This document shows positions 26,496 through 36,968 of a DNA stretch of 64,000 nt, piece after piece; within the stretch, counting starts at the first letter, position 1; each line of letters opens with the position of its first letter. The stretch is from Alphaproteobacteria bacterium (lineage in GTDB: Bacteria; Pseudomonadota; Alphaproteobacteria; Rickettsiales; UBA3002). The position numbers and the translations under genes were made by a program. The notes beneath the pieces are model-generated. The model had not been told where the DNA came from. It saw only the letters and a list, made by a program, of their open reading frames with translations, and made no database searches. The DNA is taken from assembly GCA_033763655.1 (NCBI GenBank), contig JANRKD010000007.1:20796-84795 (forward strand), written 5' to 3'.

Positions 26496-28376
26496 TCAGG
26501 CCGCCGCCGCGTCGGGCCGGTAATCGGTCACCAGACGCTGCAGCAACCGTCGCAGCGAGGCCTTGTCGCCCGCGCGCGCCGCATGGATAATATCGCCCAG
26601 CGCCGCCAGAATGGCGAGGCGGTCGGGCATGCGGGCGCGCGCCAGGCGAATGGCGGCATGCGTCGTTTCCATCAGGTTTTCGCCGTCATGGAACAGTTCC
26701 TCGAACAGTTTTTCGCCGGGACGCAAGCCCGTAAAAGCAATCGCAATATCTTCGTAGGGCCGCAATCCGGCGAGGCGAATCATCTGGCAGGCGAGGTCCT
26801 CGATGCGCACCGGCTCGCCCATATCAAGCACGAAAATCGGTGCGCGGTCGTCGGTCGTTTCGCCCAGCACCGCCGCCTGCAACACCAGCTGCACCGCTTC
26901 GGAAATGCTCATGAAATAGCGCACCATATCCTTGTGCGTCACCGTGACCGGGCCGCCGCGCGCAATCTGTTTCTGAAACAGCGGCACCACCGACCCCGTC
27001 GAGTTGAGGACGTTGCCAAACCGCACCGTGGTGAAGCGGGTCGGCGCGCCGTCATGCGCCAGCATCTGCCCGTAGATTTCCGCGGCGCGCTTGCTCGCGC
27101 CCATCACGCTCAGCGGGTTGACTGCCTTGTCGGTCGAAATCTGCACCATCGCCGCCACCCGGTGGGCCACGCACGCATCCGCCACCTGTTTGCTGCCGAG
27201 GATATTGGTCAGCACGGCCTGATCGGGGTTTATCTCCGACAGCGGCACATGCTTGATGGCGGCGGCGTGGAACACCAGCTCGGGCTTGAAATCGGCAAAA
27301 ACCTGCGCCAGCTGGTCGCCGTCGCGCACATCGCCGATAATCGCCCGGCGCGGCAGCTGCGGCATGTCCTGCCCCAGCTCCTGATCGATGAGGTAAAGCT
27401 GGTATTCGCTGATGTCAAACAGGAGGATTTCTAACGGCGCGCTGGCAGCAATCTGGCGCACCAGCTCGCTGCCGATGGAGCCACCCGCCCCCGTCACCAG
27501 CACCCGCTTGCCTTGCACAAACGCTTGCATCGCCGGGCGATCGAGCTGCGTTTGCGGCCGGCCAAGAATATCCTCCACCGCCACCGGACGGATGTCATAC
27601 ACGCGGTCGCCCGCCTTCAATTCCGAAAGCGACGGCAGTCGCGCAAGGGTGATACCGGCCGCTTCGGCAACCGCCAGCAGGTTCTTGTAAACCTGCGCCT
27701 TCAGCCCCGGATCGGTGAGAATAATGCGCTCGACCACCTTGCCTTTCTGCGCCAGCTTTTTCAGAATATAGCTGGTTTCGGCAAGGCCGCCATACACCCG
27801 CACATGGTGGATTTCGCGGCCATGCTGACGGCGGTCATCATCGACCAGCCCAACCGGCAGGTAAGGAAAATCGACGCTGCGTTCGGACTCGCGAATGAAC
27901 ATCTCCGCCTGCGGCCCGGCGCCGACCAGCAGCACCGGAATGCGGCGGCTGCCGCGCCCCATCAGCCGGTCGATCAGGGCGCGGTCATGAGCCAGTCGCC
28001 ACAGCACCCGCCCCGCCATCAGGCACAGCATCAGCGTCATCCAGTGAATAAACGGCACCGAGCGCGGCATCCCCTCCAGGCGCGTCAGGCCGAACATGCC
28101 GACATAAAACACCAGCAGCGCCAGCGTGCCCGCCTTGGCGAGGGTCACCAGATCGTTGAGCGCCGTGTAGCGCCAGACATGGCGGTAGGTGCGGTAATAG
28201 AGCAGCGTCACCAACAGCGTGCCGGTGAAGGCGACCAGCCCCTCAAACAGAAACGACTCGGCATAGGCAAGCGTGCGCCCGCCCAGACGCAGATACAGCG
28301 CCAGCACAAAACTCACTCCCGCCATCAGTGCATCATGCAGCACCGCCAGAACATTTTGTGAAATTCTATAGCGCAT
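26496..28376 (-). CDS. Membrane-bound nucleoside-diphosphate sugar dehydratase (CapD/PglF/WbpM family)
   Basis: N-terminal TM helices, GAGGSIGSE, HAAAIKHVP, ISTDKAV, MGASK, VRFGNV..S.GSV, GLRPGEKL.EEL. Confidence 0.93.
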   Translation of the reverse strand: MRYRISQNVLAVLHDALMAGVSFVLALYLRLGGRTLAYAESFLFEGLVAFTGTLLVTLLYYRTYRHVWRYTALNDLVTLAKAGTLALLVFYVGMFGLTRLEGMPRSVPFIHWMTLMLCLMAGRVLWRLAHDRALIDRLMGRGSRRIPVLLVGAGPQAEMFIRESERSVDFPYLPVGLVDDDRRQHGREIHHVRVYGGLAETSYILKKLAQKGKVVERIILTDPGLKAQVYKNLLAVAEAAGITLARLPSLSELKAGDRVYDIRPVAVEDILGRPQTQLDRPAMQAFVQGKRVLVTGAGGSIGSELVRQIAASAPLEILLFDISEYQLYLIDQELGQDMPQLPRRAIIGDVRDGDQLAQVFADFKPELVFHAAAIKHVPLSEINPDQAVLTNILGSKQVADACVAHRVAAMVQISTDKAVNPLSVMGASKRAAEIYGQMLAHDGAPTRFTTVRFGNVLNSTGSVVPLFQKQIARGGPVTVTHKDMVRYFMSISEAVQLVLQAAVLGETTDDRAPIFVLDMGEPVRIEDLACQMIRLAGLRPYEDIAIAFTGLRPGEKLFEELFHDGENLMETTHAAIRLARARMPDRLAILAALGDIIHAARAGDKASLRRLLQRLVTDYRPDAAAA

Positions 28377-29094
28377 ACCGCTCCGTGTTTTTTGCTTCGT
28401 TCCTGTGCCCATAGACCACCAGTGCACCATAAATCAACAGGCTGAGCAACGCCCCGGCCCACGCCCCGTGCGTCGCCGCCGCCAGCATCAGCCAGCCGGT
28501 GATCAGCGCCAGCGGTGCGCGTAATGCCGCCACTGCCATATTGCCCGACGCCGCCATCAGTGCCGCCAGCAGGCTGCTGGCCACCAGCGCACTGTCGAGT
28601 GCGACGAAAGCGGGCGCGCCAAACACCAGCGGTGTCAGCAGCAGCGGCAGCAACACGAGAAGAAACCCGCCGCTCGCTGGCTCAAGGGGGGTGGGGATAT
28701 ATTTCGCCAGCCACAGCATCCCGGCCAGCGCTGCCAGCGCCAGCGCCTGCCAGGCGGGGGCGGGCAACAGCCCCGGCGGGAAGCTCTGGGTTGAAACCGC
28801 GAGCAGGGCCGCCAGCAACAATGCCCCGGTGCGCAAGGGCGTCGGCCCCCGGTAGTGGCGCCGCGCAAAAAATAATTCCGAAAAGAGTACCAGCGTCGCC
28901 GCCACCAGCATGGCCGGTGCGGCGGCCACCACTGTCAGGAAGCCAAGCAGCGGCAGCACGATACCGGGTGCCGCCAGTAGCAGCGGCGCGGCGCCCCATC
29001 GCCGCGTCAGGCGTTGCGCCAGCTGCGTCAGGCCGTAAACTACCAGCCAGGTCGAAAAGCATAGCACCAGAATGTAAGCCGTCATCATGGCCAC
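28366..29094 (-). CDS. Polytopic membrane protein, probably a degenerate MraY/WecA (glycosyltransferase family 4) homologue
   Basis: Highly hydrophobic and overlaps the CapD-type gene; C-terminal PLALITGWLML...GAWAGAL resembles GT4 proteins, but the Asp motifs are missing. Confidence 0.6.
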   Translation of the reverse strand: MAMMTAYILVLCFSTWLVVYGLTQLAQRLTRRWGAAPLLLAAPGIVLPLLGFLTVVAAAPAMLVAATLVLFSELFFARRHYRGPTPLRTGALLLAALLAVSTQSFPPGLLPAPAWQALALAALAGMLWLAKYIPTPLEPASGGFLLVLLPLLLTPLVFGAPAFVALDSALVASSLLAALMAASGNMAVAALRAPLALITGWLMLAAATHGAWAGALLSLLIYGALVVYGHRNEAKNTERYAL

Positions 29095-29155
29095 AACTTA
29101 GCGGGCCGGGCGCCGCTTGTCATGCGGGATGTCGCCTTCCCTCCCCCAACCGCGC

Positions 29156-32100
29156 CTAAAGGCTCGTAATCGCCTGCACCTGCCGGAGGGCGACAATCAG
29201 CATCGGGTAATCGAACGTCGCCTGCGCGCGCAAATCGGCAATAAACGCATCGTAACGGGCAAGGGCGCCGCGATGCGCATCGAGCCAGGCGGCGGCGGCA
29301 TCCGCCTGCTTGCCGTAATGCGCCAGCGTGACCAGCGTCAGCCGTCGTTGCGCCTGATAGAACTCGACCGCCAGCGACTTCACCGCCAGCTGCTGCCAGT
29401 AATTCTCGGCGGGCAGATCCTGCGCGCTGGCCCGCAGCCAGCCCAGCTTCAACACCGCCCCCAGCTCGAAATAGACGCGCCCGACATTGGCCAGCGGCAA
29501 TTTGCTTTCACGCGCGGCATCGACAATATCGCACGCCGCCGTCAGGATATCGAGCATCGCCATGCGCTGGGCGAGGGCTTCGGGCACCTGCAGCGCCTGC
29601 AACCGCTCGACCGTCTGGGCGAAGGCGCGCCGGGCGCTTTCACTCATCATGTTTTGCGCATCGCGCACAATCTGCGCGACCGCCGGGGCATAACGCGCCA
29701 TCACCTCGTCCATCACCATCGGCTGAGGCACATGTTGCAGGAACCAACGGCAGCTATGCTCGATGAACTGATTGACGAGCACAAATAACTGCGATTGCAC
29801 GCTGGCCGGGACACCGCCGCCCAGCGCCTCAATATCACGCCACACATCGCGCAAGCCGAACGCATCGCGGGTAGCGATATAGGCCTGCGCCACATCCGCC
29901 GCCGACAGGCCGGTCGCGCGCATCAGCGACGACGCCATGGCAAAGCCGGTACGGTTGATAATTGAATTGGTAATCATCGTCGCGACGATGGGGCGGCGCA
30001 ACCGGTGCGCCTTGATATCGACGCTGTAATCCTTCTGCATGGCTTTGGGGAAATAGCGCAGCAGATCGGCCTCGAAATACGGCGCATCGAGCAATGGCGA
30101 TTCGGTCAGGTCGCGGTAAAACGCCATTTTGGCATAGGCCAGCAGCACCGCGATTTCCGGGCGCGTCAGCCCCTGTTTGGTGCTGCGCAACTCAGCCAGC
30201 TGCTTGCTATCGGGCAGGTATTCCACCGCACGGTTGAGGAAATTTTCGCTCTCCAACTGCATCATCAGCTGGCTGGCTGGCTCAAGCAGGCTGACGCCCT
30301 GCCCCTGTGCAATCGAGATCGCCTGTGTCTGCAGGCGGTTATCGACCAGCACCAGCTCGGCGACTTCTTCCGTCATTTTTTTCAGCACCCCGTCGCGCGC
30401 TTTCATGGTGATGCGTTTGGCCGCCATCGCCGCCCCGAACGCAATCTTGATATTGACCTCGTGGTCGGAGCAATCCACCCCGCCGGAATTGTCGATAGCG
30501 TCGGTATTGATGCGTCCGCCTTTGCGCGCATATTCAATCCGCCCGCGCTGGGTGAAGCCGAGATTGCCGCCCTCGCCCACAATGGCGCAGCGCAGCTCGT
30601 GGCCGTCAATGCGCACGTTGTTGTTACCCCGGTCACCGACCTGCTCGTGCGTTTCCGTTGCCGCCTTGACATAGGTGCCGATGCCGCCGTTCCATAACAG
30701 CTCAACCGGCGCCTTGAGAATGCTGCGGATCAGCTCGTCGGGCGTGGCGGATTTGACGTCCACCCCAAGGGCAGCGCGCATTTCCGCCGTCAGTGCAATC
30801 GACTTGGCCGAACGCTCGAACACCCCGCCGCCCTTGCTGATGAGCGTGGCATTGTAATCGTTCCAGCCCGAACGCGGCAGCGCGAACAGCCGCGCCCGCT
30901 CGACATAACTGGTCGCGGCGTCGGGCGTCGGGTCGATGAAAATATGGCGGTGGTTGAACGCCGCCACCAGCCGCATGTTCTTGCTCAGCAGGGCACCGTT
31001 GCCAAAGACATCGCCCGACATGTCGCCGATGCCAATCGCGGTGAAAGTCTCCTGACCGATGTCTTTGCCCATTTCGCGGAAATGGCGCTCAACCGCCACC
31101 CAGCCGCCGCGTGCGGTAATCGCCATCGCCTTGTGGTCATAACCCACCGAGCCACCCGAGGCGAACGCATCGCCGAGCCAGAAGCCGTATTCGGCGGAAA
31201 TGCCGTTGGCGATGTCGGAGAACGTCGCGGTGCCTTTATCGGCGGCAACCACGAGGTAGGGGTCGTCGTCGTCGTGGCGCACCACATCCGTCGGCGGCAC
31301 CAATTTGCCGTTCACGATGTTATCGGTAAGGTCGAGCAGACCGTGCAGGAAAATCCTGTAGCAGGCAATGCCCTCGGCCTGTAGCGCCTCGCGCTCGGCA
31401 GGCACTTTGCGCAGGATAAATCCGCCCTTCGCCCCCTGCGGCACGATGACGGCGTTTTTCACCATCTGCGCCTTGACCAGCCCCAGCACTTCGGTGCGGA
31501 AATCTTCGGGCCGATCGCTCCAGCGCAGGCCGCCGCGCGCCACCGCACCGCCGCGCAGGTGGATGCCTTCGACCCGCATGCTGGTGACAAAAATCTCGGC
31601 ATACGGCACCGGCAGCGGCATCTCGGGAATCAGCGACGAGCGGAACTTAATCGACAGATACGCCTTGGGCGCACCGTTTTCCTGCTGGTAAAAATTGGTG
31701 CGCAGCGAGGCGGCGATTAAGGCAGCGATGCGACGGATAATGCGGTCTTCGCCAAGGTTGGTGACCACTTCAAGCGCGGCCTCCAGTTCGACGCTCAGGC
31801 GGTCGAACACCGCCGCGCGGTCTTTACATGCGGGGTCGAAACGCGCATGGAACATCGCCACCAGCGTGCGTGCCAGCCCGGCATGGGTGCCCAGCGCCGC
31901 CGCGATTAATTGCTGGCTGTAGTGGAAATTGAGCTGCTGCAGATAGCGGCTGTAAGCGCGCAGAATCGACACATCGCGCGCCGATAGACCCGCCGAGAAT
32001 ACCAGCGCATTGAGCGCGTCATTATCGACCGTACCGCGCCAAATATCGCCCATCGCCGCTTCGATGCGTGCCTGATGTTCGGCGAGGTTCAACTGTTCCA

Positions 32101-33898
32101 GCCCGGCAATGCGCAAGGTAAAATTGCGCAACAGCACCGGCGCAAGCGGCGCATGCGGCGTAATGACATACGGAGTGGCATCCATCACCGTGCAGCCCAT
32201 ATGTTCAAGCAGCGGGATAATCGCCGACAATTCCGAATGCAAATCCCGGGTGAAGCATTTCAGGTGCAGGTAATGATCCGGCGCGCATGACAGCGCCAAA
32301 GCAATCCCGTCGCCGCGCAGGCATTCAAGCACGCGGTCGATGTCGCCGGCGGCGGTCGCCGCGCTGTGGCTGTTGGTATAGGCGGGCGGGAACGCATCGG
32401 CGAAACTTTGCGCCAGCGCTTCGCCGTCGCCGTTGCGGTAACGGGCAACCATCGCGTCGCGCAGGCTGTCAGCCCAGATATTGGCCCGTTCGGCGATGTG
32501 GCGTTCAAGCGCCGCCTCATCCACTTTCGCCAGGGCGGCGGGCGTCGTTTCGGTGAGGATATGCAGTCGCGCCAGCGGCGAGTCGGTCAGTTGCGTATAG
32601 AAACTGCTGGTGCGCCCGCCGCAGGCCTGCTCGACAATGCGCAGGATTTCCGTGCGCAAATCGGTCGAGAAGCGCTCGCGCGGAACATACACCATCGAGC
32701 TGACGAACCGCGCGAACGGATCGGGGCGCATGAACAGCTTCACCTGCGGTTTGGCATCGAGCGAGACAATCCCCATCGCGGTCTGGAAGAGCCGGTCTTC
32801 ATCCATCTGGAACAGCTCGTCGCGCGGCATGAATTCGAGGATGGTCTTAAGCGTTTTGCCGGAATGCCCCTGCGGGTCGAATCCGGCGCGCGCAATCACC
32901 CGTGCGGCTTTGCGGCGGATAAATGGAATGTTCTGCGTTTCGCGGTAATAGACGGTCGAGGTGAACAGGCCGATCATACGGGTTTCGCCGATACATTTGC
33001 CTTTCGCATCGAAACGTCTGAGGATTACCAGATCCATCGGCGTGTGGCGGTGTACCAGCGACGATTCCGAGGCCTTAAGAACGCTGAGCGCTTCTTGCGT
33101 GGTCGCCGTCGTCGCGCGTTCGATGGCCCGCTCGTCGCGCGCATCGAGGCGGTAAATGCCCAGCGCCGTCGCCGCATCATGGATGAATTTCCCGCCCTTA
33201 AGACGGTAATCCGCAAGGCCAAGGAACACAAAATGGTTGCCCGCAAGCCAGAGCAGCAAATCGCGTATCTCTGCCGATTCCGCCTGACTGAGGCCCGCTT
33301 TGCTGCCGGTGAACTGTTCAGCCAGCACCAGCACGCGGTCGCGCATGCTCGCCCAGTCCGCAACCGCCGCCGCCACATGCCGCAACGCCTGCGCCACCTG
33401 CCGATTCAGTTCCTGCGTGCTAAACTCCGCCGGCAACGGCGATAATTCGACATAAATCAGCGATTCGCGTTTGGCGTTTTTAGCGCCGGATACAAGGTCG
33501 CCTTTGCGGTCGCGCGCGCTAGTGAAGATCGGGTGCAGCACCCGGTGAACCGACAACCCGAGCGAGGAAAACAGCGCTGAAAGCGAATCCACCAGAAACG
33601 GCATGTCGTCGTTGAGCACAATAATTTGTGTGCGGCCCACGGCGTTCCCCGCCTCCTCGACCTTACAGGCGGCAATCTGGATTTTTGGCCCGGCCTTCGG
33701 ACGGGCAGCATAAAATTTTTCACAGACGAGCGCGATGGCGGCAGCGCGTTCGGGGCTGACCTCCTCGAGGTCATGAATGGTCGAGAGCGCGTAAAATTTC
33801 TGCACAAATTCGCGCGTCTTTTTCGCCGTCGTTTTCGGTAACGCCGCAAGGATTTTTGCCAATAACTGCGCGTGCAGCGAGGAGTAATTCGGTGCCAT
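29156..33898 (-). CDS. Large NAD-specific glutamate dehydrogenase
   Basis: 1580 aa; DDMPFLVDS, ARGGLRWSDR, KAQMVKNAVIVP.GAKGGF, YLVVAADKGTA, GIGDMSGDVFGNG, DCSDHEVNIKI. Confidence 0.97.
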   Translation of the reverse strand: MAPNYSSLHAQLLAKILAALPKTTAKKTREFVQKFYALSTIHDLEEVSPERAAAIALVCEKFYAARPKAGPKIQIAACKVEEAGNAVGRTQIIVLNDDMPFLVDSLSALFSSLGLSVHRVLHPIFTSARDRKGDLVSGAKNAKRESLIYVELSPLPAEFSTQELNRQVAQALRHVAAAVADWASMRDRVLVLAEQFTGSKAGLSQAESAEIRDLLLWLAGNHFVFLGLADYRLKGGKFIHDAATALGIYRLDARDERAIERATTATTQEALSVLKASESSLVHRHTPMDLVILRRFDAKGKCIGETRMIGLFTSTVYYRETQNIPFIRRKAARVIARAGFDPQGHSGKTLKTILEFMPRDELFQMDEDRLFQTAMGIVSLDAKPQVKLFMRPDPFARFVSSMVYVPRERFSTDLRTEILRIVEQACGGRTSSFYTQLTDSPLARLHILTETTPAALAKVDEAALERHIAERANIWADSLRDAMVARYRNGDGEALAQSFADAFPPAYTNSHSAATAAGDIDRVLECLRGDGIALALSCAPDHYLHLKCFTRDLHSELSAIIPLLEHMGCTVMDATPYVITPHAPLAPVLLRNFTLRIAGLEQLNLAEHQARIEAAMGDIWRGTVDNDALNALVFSAGLSARDVSILRAYSRYLQQLNFHYSQQLIAAALGTHAGLARTLVAMFHARFDPACKDRAAVFDRLSVELEAALEVVTNLGEDRIIRRIAALIAASLRTNFYQQENGAPKAYLSIKFRSSLIPEMPLPVPYAEIFVTSMRVEGIHLRGGAVARGGLRWSDRPEDFRTEVLGLVKAQMVKNAVIVPQGAKGGFILRKVPAEREALQAEGIACYRIFLHGLLDLTDNIVNGKLVPPTDVVRHDDDDPYLVVAADKGTATFSDIANGISAEYGFWLGDAFASGGSVGYDHKAMAITARGGWVAVERHFREMGKDIGQETFTAIGIGDMSGDVFGNGALLSKNMRLVAAFNHRHIFIDPTPDAATSYVERARLFALPRSGWNDYNATLISKGGGVFERSAKSIALTAEMRAALGVDVKSATPDELIRSILKAPVELLWNGGIGTYVKAATETHEQVGDRGNNNVRIDGHELRCAIVGEGGNLGFTQRGRIEYARKGGRINTDAIDNSGGVDCSDHEVNIKIAFGAAMAAKRITMKARDGVLKKMTEEVAELVLVDNRLQTQAISIAQGQGVSLLEPASQLMMQLESENFLNRAVEYLPDSKQLAELRSTKQGLTRPEIAVLLAYAKMAFYRDLTESPLLDAPYFEADLLRYFPKAMQKDYSVDIKAHRLRRPIVATMITNSIINRTGFAMASSLMRATGLSAADVAQAYIATRDAFGLRDVWRDIEALGGGVPASVQSQLFVLVNQFIEHSCRWFLQHVPQPMVMDEVMARYAPAVAQIVRDAQNMMSESARRAFAQTVERLQALQVPEALAQRMAMLDILTAACDIVDAARESKLPLANVGRVYFELGAVLKLGWLRASAQDLPAENYWQQLAVKSLAVEFYQAQRRLTLVTLAHYGKQADAAAAWLDAHRGALARYDAFIADLRAQATFDYPMLIVALRQVQAITSL

Positions 33899-33984
33899 AA
33901 CTGTCCTTGTTTTTGAAGCTGTCTGCTCAATAGCAACTTGACAGCAAAGGGGAAGTAAAAAGCATTGTGCAGCGCGGCAACGGG

Positions 33985-34905
33985 CTAGACGGCATCCCAG
34001 AAATGGGCGGCGAGGTTGATGCCGTAGAGCTTCTGCGCGGCGCGCAGGCCGGTGGGCGAGGTGACGTTGATTTCCGTCAGGTAATCACCGATGAGGTCGA
34101 TTCCCGCCAGCATCAGCCCCTGCGTTTTCAGGAACGGGCCGAGCGCATCACAGATGGTCTGTTGCCGCGCCGTCAGTTCGCGGGCCACCGCCTGCCCGCC
34201 CACGCGCATATTGGCGCGGATAGAGCCGCCCTCGGGCGTGCGGCCAAACGCCGCTTTCACCTCTCCGTTGATCAACAGCACGCGCGTATCGGCATCGCGC
34301 ACTTCGGGGCGGAATTGCTGCCACATCAGCGGCTCGCGCGAGGATTCGCTCCATTGTTCGAGCAGGGTTTCGAGGTTGCGGTCGCCGCGCGCCAGCTTGA
34401 ACACGCTGCGCCCGCCGAAACCGTAAAGCGGCTTGGCGACAATCGCTTCGTGGGCAGCGGCAAACGCCGCGATTTCCGCCGGGTCGCGGCTGATGAGGGT
34501 GGGCGGCATGAACGCCGCAAAACCCAGCACCGAGAGTTTTTCCGGCGCACCACGCACCCCGGCAGGGTCGTTCCACACCCGCACGTCGCCCGCCAGCCGT
34601 TCGAGCAGGTGGGTCGCGGTGATATACGCCATGTCGAACGGCGGGTCCTGCCGCATCAGCACCACGTCCATTCCGTGCAGCGCGGTCGCCTGCGCCGCGC
34701 CGAGCGTCCAGACCGTATCCGCCGCGAAGTCAAGACGGATGGGCGCCAGCGGCGCGCGCAGTTCGCCGTTGACCCAACTGAGCTGCGCCGCTTCGTAGAA
34801 AAACACGGCGTGGCCGCGCGCCTGCGCCTCTTCGATCAGCATGAAGCTGGTGTCGCTCGCCGGCTTAAGCCGCGACGGGTGATCCATCTGGACGGCGATT
34901 TTCAC
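33985..34905 (-). CDS. gshB: Glutathione synthetase
   Basis: KIAVQMD, MRQDPPFD, KPLYG.GG, RANM..GG, EINVTSPTG; GTG start at 34905. Confidence 0.95.
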   Translation of the reverse strand: MKIAVQMDHPSRLKPASDTSFMLIEEAQARGHAVFFYEAAQLSWVNGELRAPLAPIRLDFAADTVWTLGAAQATALHGMDVVLMRQDPPFDMAYITATHLLERLAGDVRVWNDPAGVRGAPEKLSVLGFAAFMPPTLISRDPAEIAAFAAAHEAIVAKPLYGFGGRSVFKLARGDRNLETLLEQWSESSREPLMWQQFRPEVRDADTRVLLINGEVKAAFGRTPEGGSIRANMRVGGQAVARELTARQQTICDALGPFLKTQGLMLAGIDLIGDYLTEINVTSPTGLRAAQKLYGINLAAHFWDAV

Positions 34906-34909
34906 GCGG

Positions 34910-35668
34910 TTACTGCCCCGCCGGCGCGGCAATCGGCGCGCTCGAAATCGAACCGCTGCCATAGACCGGCCCGGTATAAACCTCGCCTTGCGGTGGGGTG
35001 CGACCCGCCGCCGCCCCCGGGGCAACTGACGGCGCGGGCGCGGGCGACGCAGCAGCATTCGGCACGGCGGAACTATCCTGCGTCGGGTGTTCGACCTCCG
35101 TATTCATCTGCAAATGGCTGATGACGCGCTTCACGCCGCGCGTGGTGCGGGCAATGGTGAGCGCGAGGTCAAGCTCGGCTTTGTCTTTCACCCGGCCAAT
35201 CAGGTAAGCCGTGCCGTTCTGCACATCCATCGAGTAGTTGATGACCCAGACGCCCTTGGTAATGAACAGGCGGCTTTCGAGGTTGCGCTTGATTAACATG
35301 TCGTTGGCCTTGTCGAAAAAGCCCGCCTCGGGATCAACCACCAGCTCGTTGATAATTTCCTCGACCCCTTTGGCCTTCCACGCCAGCGCCACGGCTTTGT
35401 GCGCCTGTTCTTCGTTTTTCACTGTCCCGGTGAGCATAACCCGCCCGAAACGCACGTTGAACGTCACATGGCCGAGCAGTTCGGTTTCTTCAACCTCGAC
35501 AAACCGCGCCGTCAAATCGCCATAAATCACGTTGTCATCAACCGTGCGGCCAATCGAGCGATTCTGTGCCACCGCCACCCCGGTATTGGTTCCAGCCGAA
35601 AGCAGGACGGCGCCGCAGCCGCCAAGCAGCAGCAGGCAGGTCAAGGGAAAAAGCACAGGGTAACGCAT
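34910..35668 (-). CDS. BON-domain lipoprotein (DolP/YraP-like)
   Basis: LGGC lipobox, RSIG..VDD, two BON repeats (GRVMLTG...GVEEIINEL; GTAYLIG...GVKRV). Confidence 0.88.
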   Translation of the reverse strand: MRYPVLFPLTCLLLLGGCGAVLLSAGTNTGVAVAQNRSIGRTVDDNVIYGDLTARFVEVEETELLGHVTFNVRFGRVMLTGTVKNEEQAHKAVALAWKAKGVEEIINELVVDPEAGFFDKANDMLIKRNLESRLFITKGVWVINYSMDVQNGTAYLIGRVKDKAELDLALTIARTTRGVKRVISHLQMNTEVEHPTQDSSAVPNAAASPAPAPSVAPGAAAGRTPPQGEVYTGPVYGSGSISSAPIAAPAGQ

Positions 35669-35681
35669 AGAATCTCCAACA

Positions 35682-36062
35682 TCAGGCAGGTAAGGAAAAC
35701 GCATGGGGCACATGCTTCGGCCAGCTATACCATGCGATAAGCACCGCGTCGAACCGAACCTCAAAATCCGCATACCCGGAATGGCTGACAAGGAAATATT
35801 GTGCTGCGCGCACCACACGCGACTGGTTTTCGGCATGGATGGCAGCGGCAGCGGCAGCATGGGTCGGGCGCGCCTTCACCTCGATGATGGCCAGGGTGCG
35901 GCCCCGGCGCATGATGAGATCAATTTCCCCCACCGGGGTTTTGTAGCGCCGGGCAAGCAGGCGGTAGCCCTTCAGTTGTAACCACAGCGCCGCCGCATAT
36001 TCCGCGCGCAGGCCCCGGCGGTGGGTGCGCCGTCGCCGTTGTTGCCGCCGGGTGTGATTCAT
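35682..36062 (-). CDS. yraN: YraN family (UPF0102) nuclease-like protein
   Basis: G.RAE..A...L..KGY, GEIDLI, EVKAR, RFD. Confidence 0.92.
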   Translation of the reverse strand: MNHTRRQQRRRRTHRRGLRAEYAAALWLQLKGYRLLARRYKTPVGEIDLIMRRGRTLAIIEVKARPTHAAAAAAIHAENQSRVVRAAQYFLVSHSGYADFEVRFDAVLIAWYSWPKHVPHAFSLPA

Positions 36063-36925
36063 GGCGCATCCTTAAGCTGCAACGCCCGCGCATAGACTTC
36101 GCGCCGGGGGCGGCCCGCCTGCCGGCTGACTTCGGCGACCGCCTCTTTCAGACTGCCCTGCGTCATCGCCGCGCGCAACGCGACATCAAGCGCGGCGTCA
36201 TCGAATCCGCAGGCGGGGGCGGCACCGGCCACCACAATCACGCATTCGCCGCGCGGCGGGTGGGCGGCAAAATGGGCGATAATTTCTTCGAGGGAGCCGC
36301 GCACGCATTCTTCGTACAGCTTGGTCAATTCGCGTGCGACCGCCGCCGCGCGGTTGCCCAGTTGCCGGTGCAGGGCCGAAAGCGTGTCGGCGAGGCGGTG
36401 CGGCGCTTCGTAAAACACCAGCGTCGCCGGTAGCGTGGCCAGCGCGTGGATGGCATCGCGCCGCGCCCCGGCTTTGTTCGGCAGGAACCCGGCATAAAAA
36501 AACTGGTCGGCGGGCAGCCCGGCGATGCTGATCGCGCTAAGCAACGCGCTCGCCCCGGGAATCGGCGTCACCCGGATGCCGGCGGCAATCGCGGCGCGCA
36601 CCAGCCGCGCACCCGGGTCGGAAAGCAGCGGTGTCCCGGCGTCGCTGATCAGGGCAATGCGCGCGCCTTCCTGCAACTGCGCCAGCAGCGTCGCCGTCGC
36701 GGATGCCTCGTTATGCGCATGGCAGGCCAGAAGCGGCACCTTGATGCCATAATGCGCCAGCAGGCCGCCGCTGACCCGCGTATCCTCGCAGGCGATGCGA
36801 TCGACACTGCCCAGCACTTCGAGCGCACGCAGGGTAATATCCTTCCGATTGCCAATCGGGGTAGCCACCAGAAATAATTCTCCGCGACGCGGTTGGCTTT
36901 GTTCGTTACTTTTGCTAGAAGACAT
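36059..36925 (-). CDS. rsmI: 16S rRNA C1402 2'-O-methyltransferase
   Basis: LVATPIGN..DITLRA, ACEDTR, SDAGTPL.SDPG, YEAPHR, RELTKLYEE, RGE. Confidence 0.95.
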   Translation of the reverse strand: MSSSKSNEQSQPRRGELFLVATPIGNRKDITLRALEVLGSVDRIACEDTRVSGGLLAHYGIKVPLLACHAHNEASATATLLAQLQEGARIALISDAGTPLLSDPGARLVRAAIAAGIRVTPIPGASALLSAISIAGLPADQFFYAGFLPNKAGARRDAIHALATLPATLVFYEAPHRLADTLSALHRQLGNRAAAVARELTKLYEECVRGSLEEIIAHFAAHPPRGECVIVVAGAAPACGFDDAALDVALRAAMTQGSLKEAVAEVSRQAGRPRREVYARALQLKDAP

Positions 36926-36968
36926 AGATTGCGACCCTGCTGTGGTATCCACCGTCATAGAGGCACCG

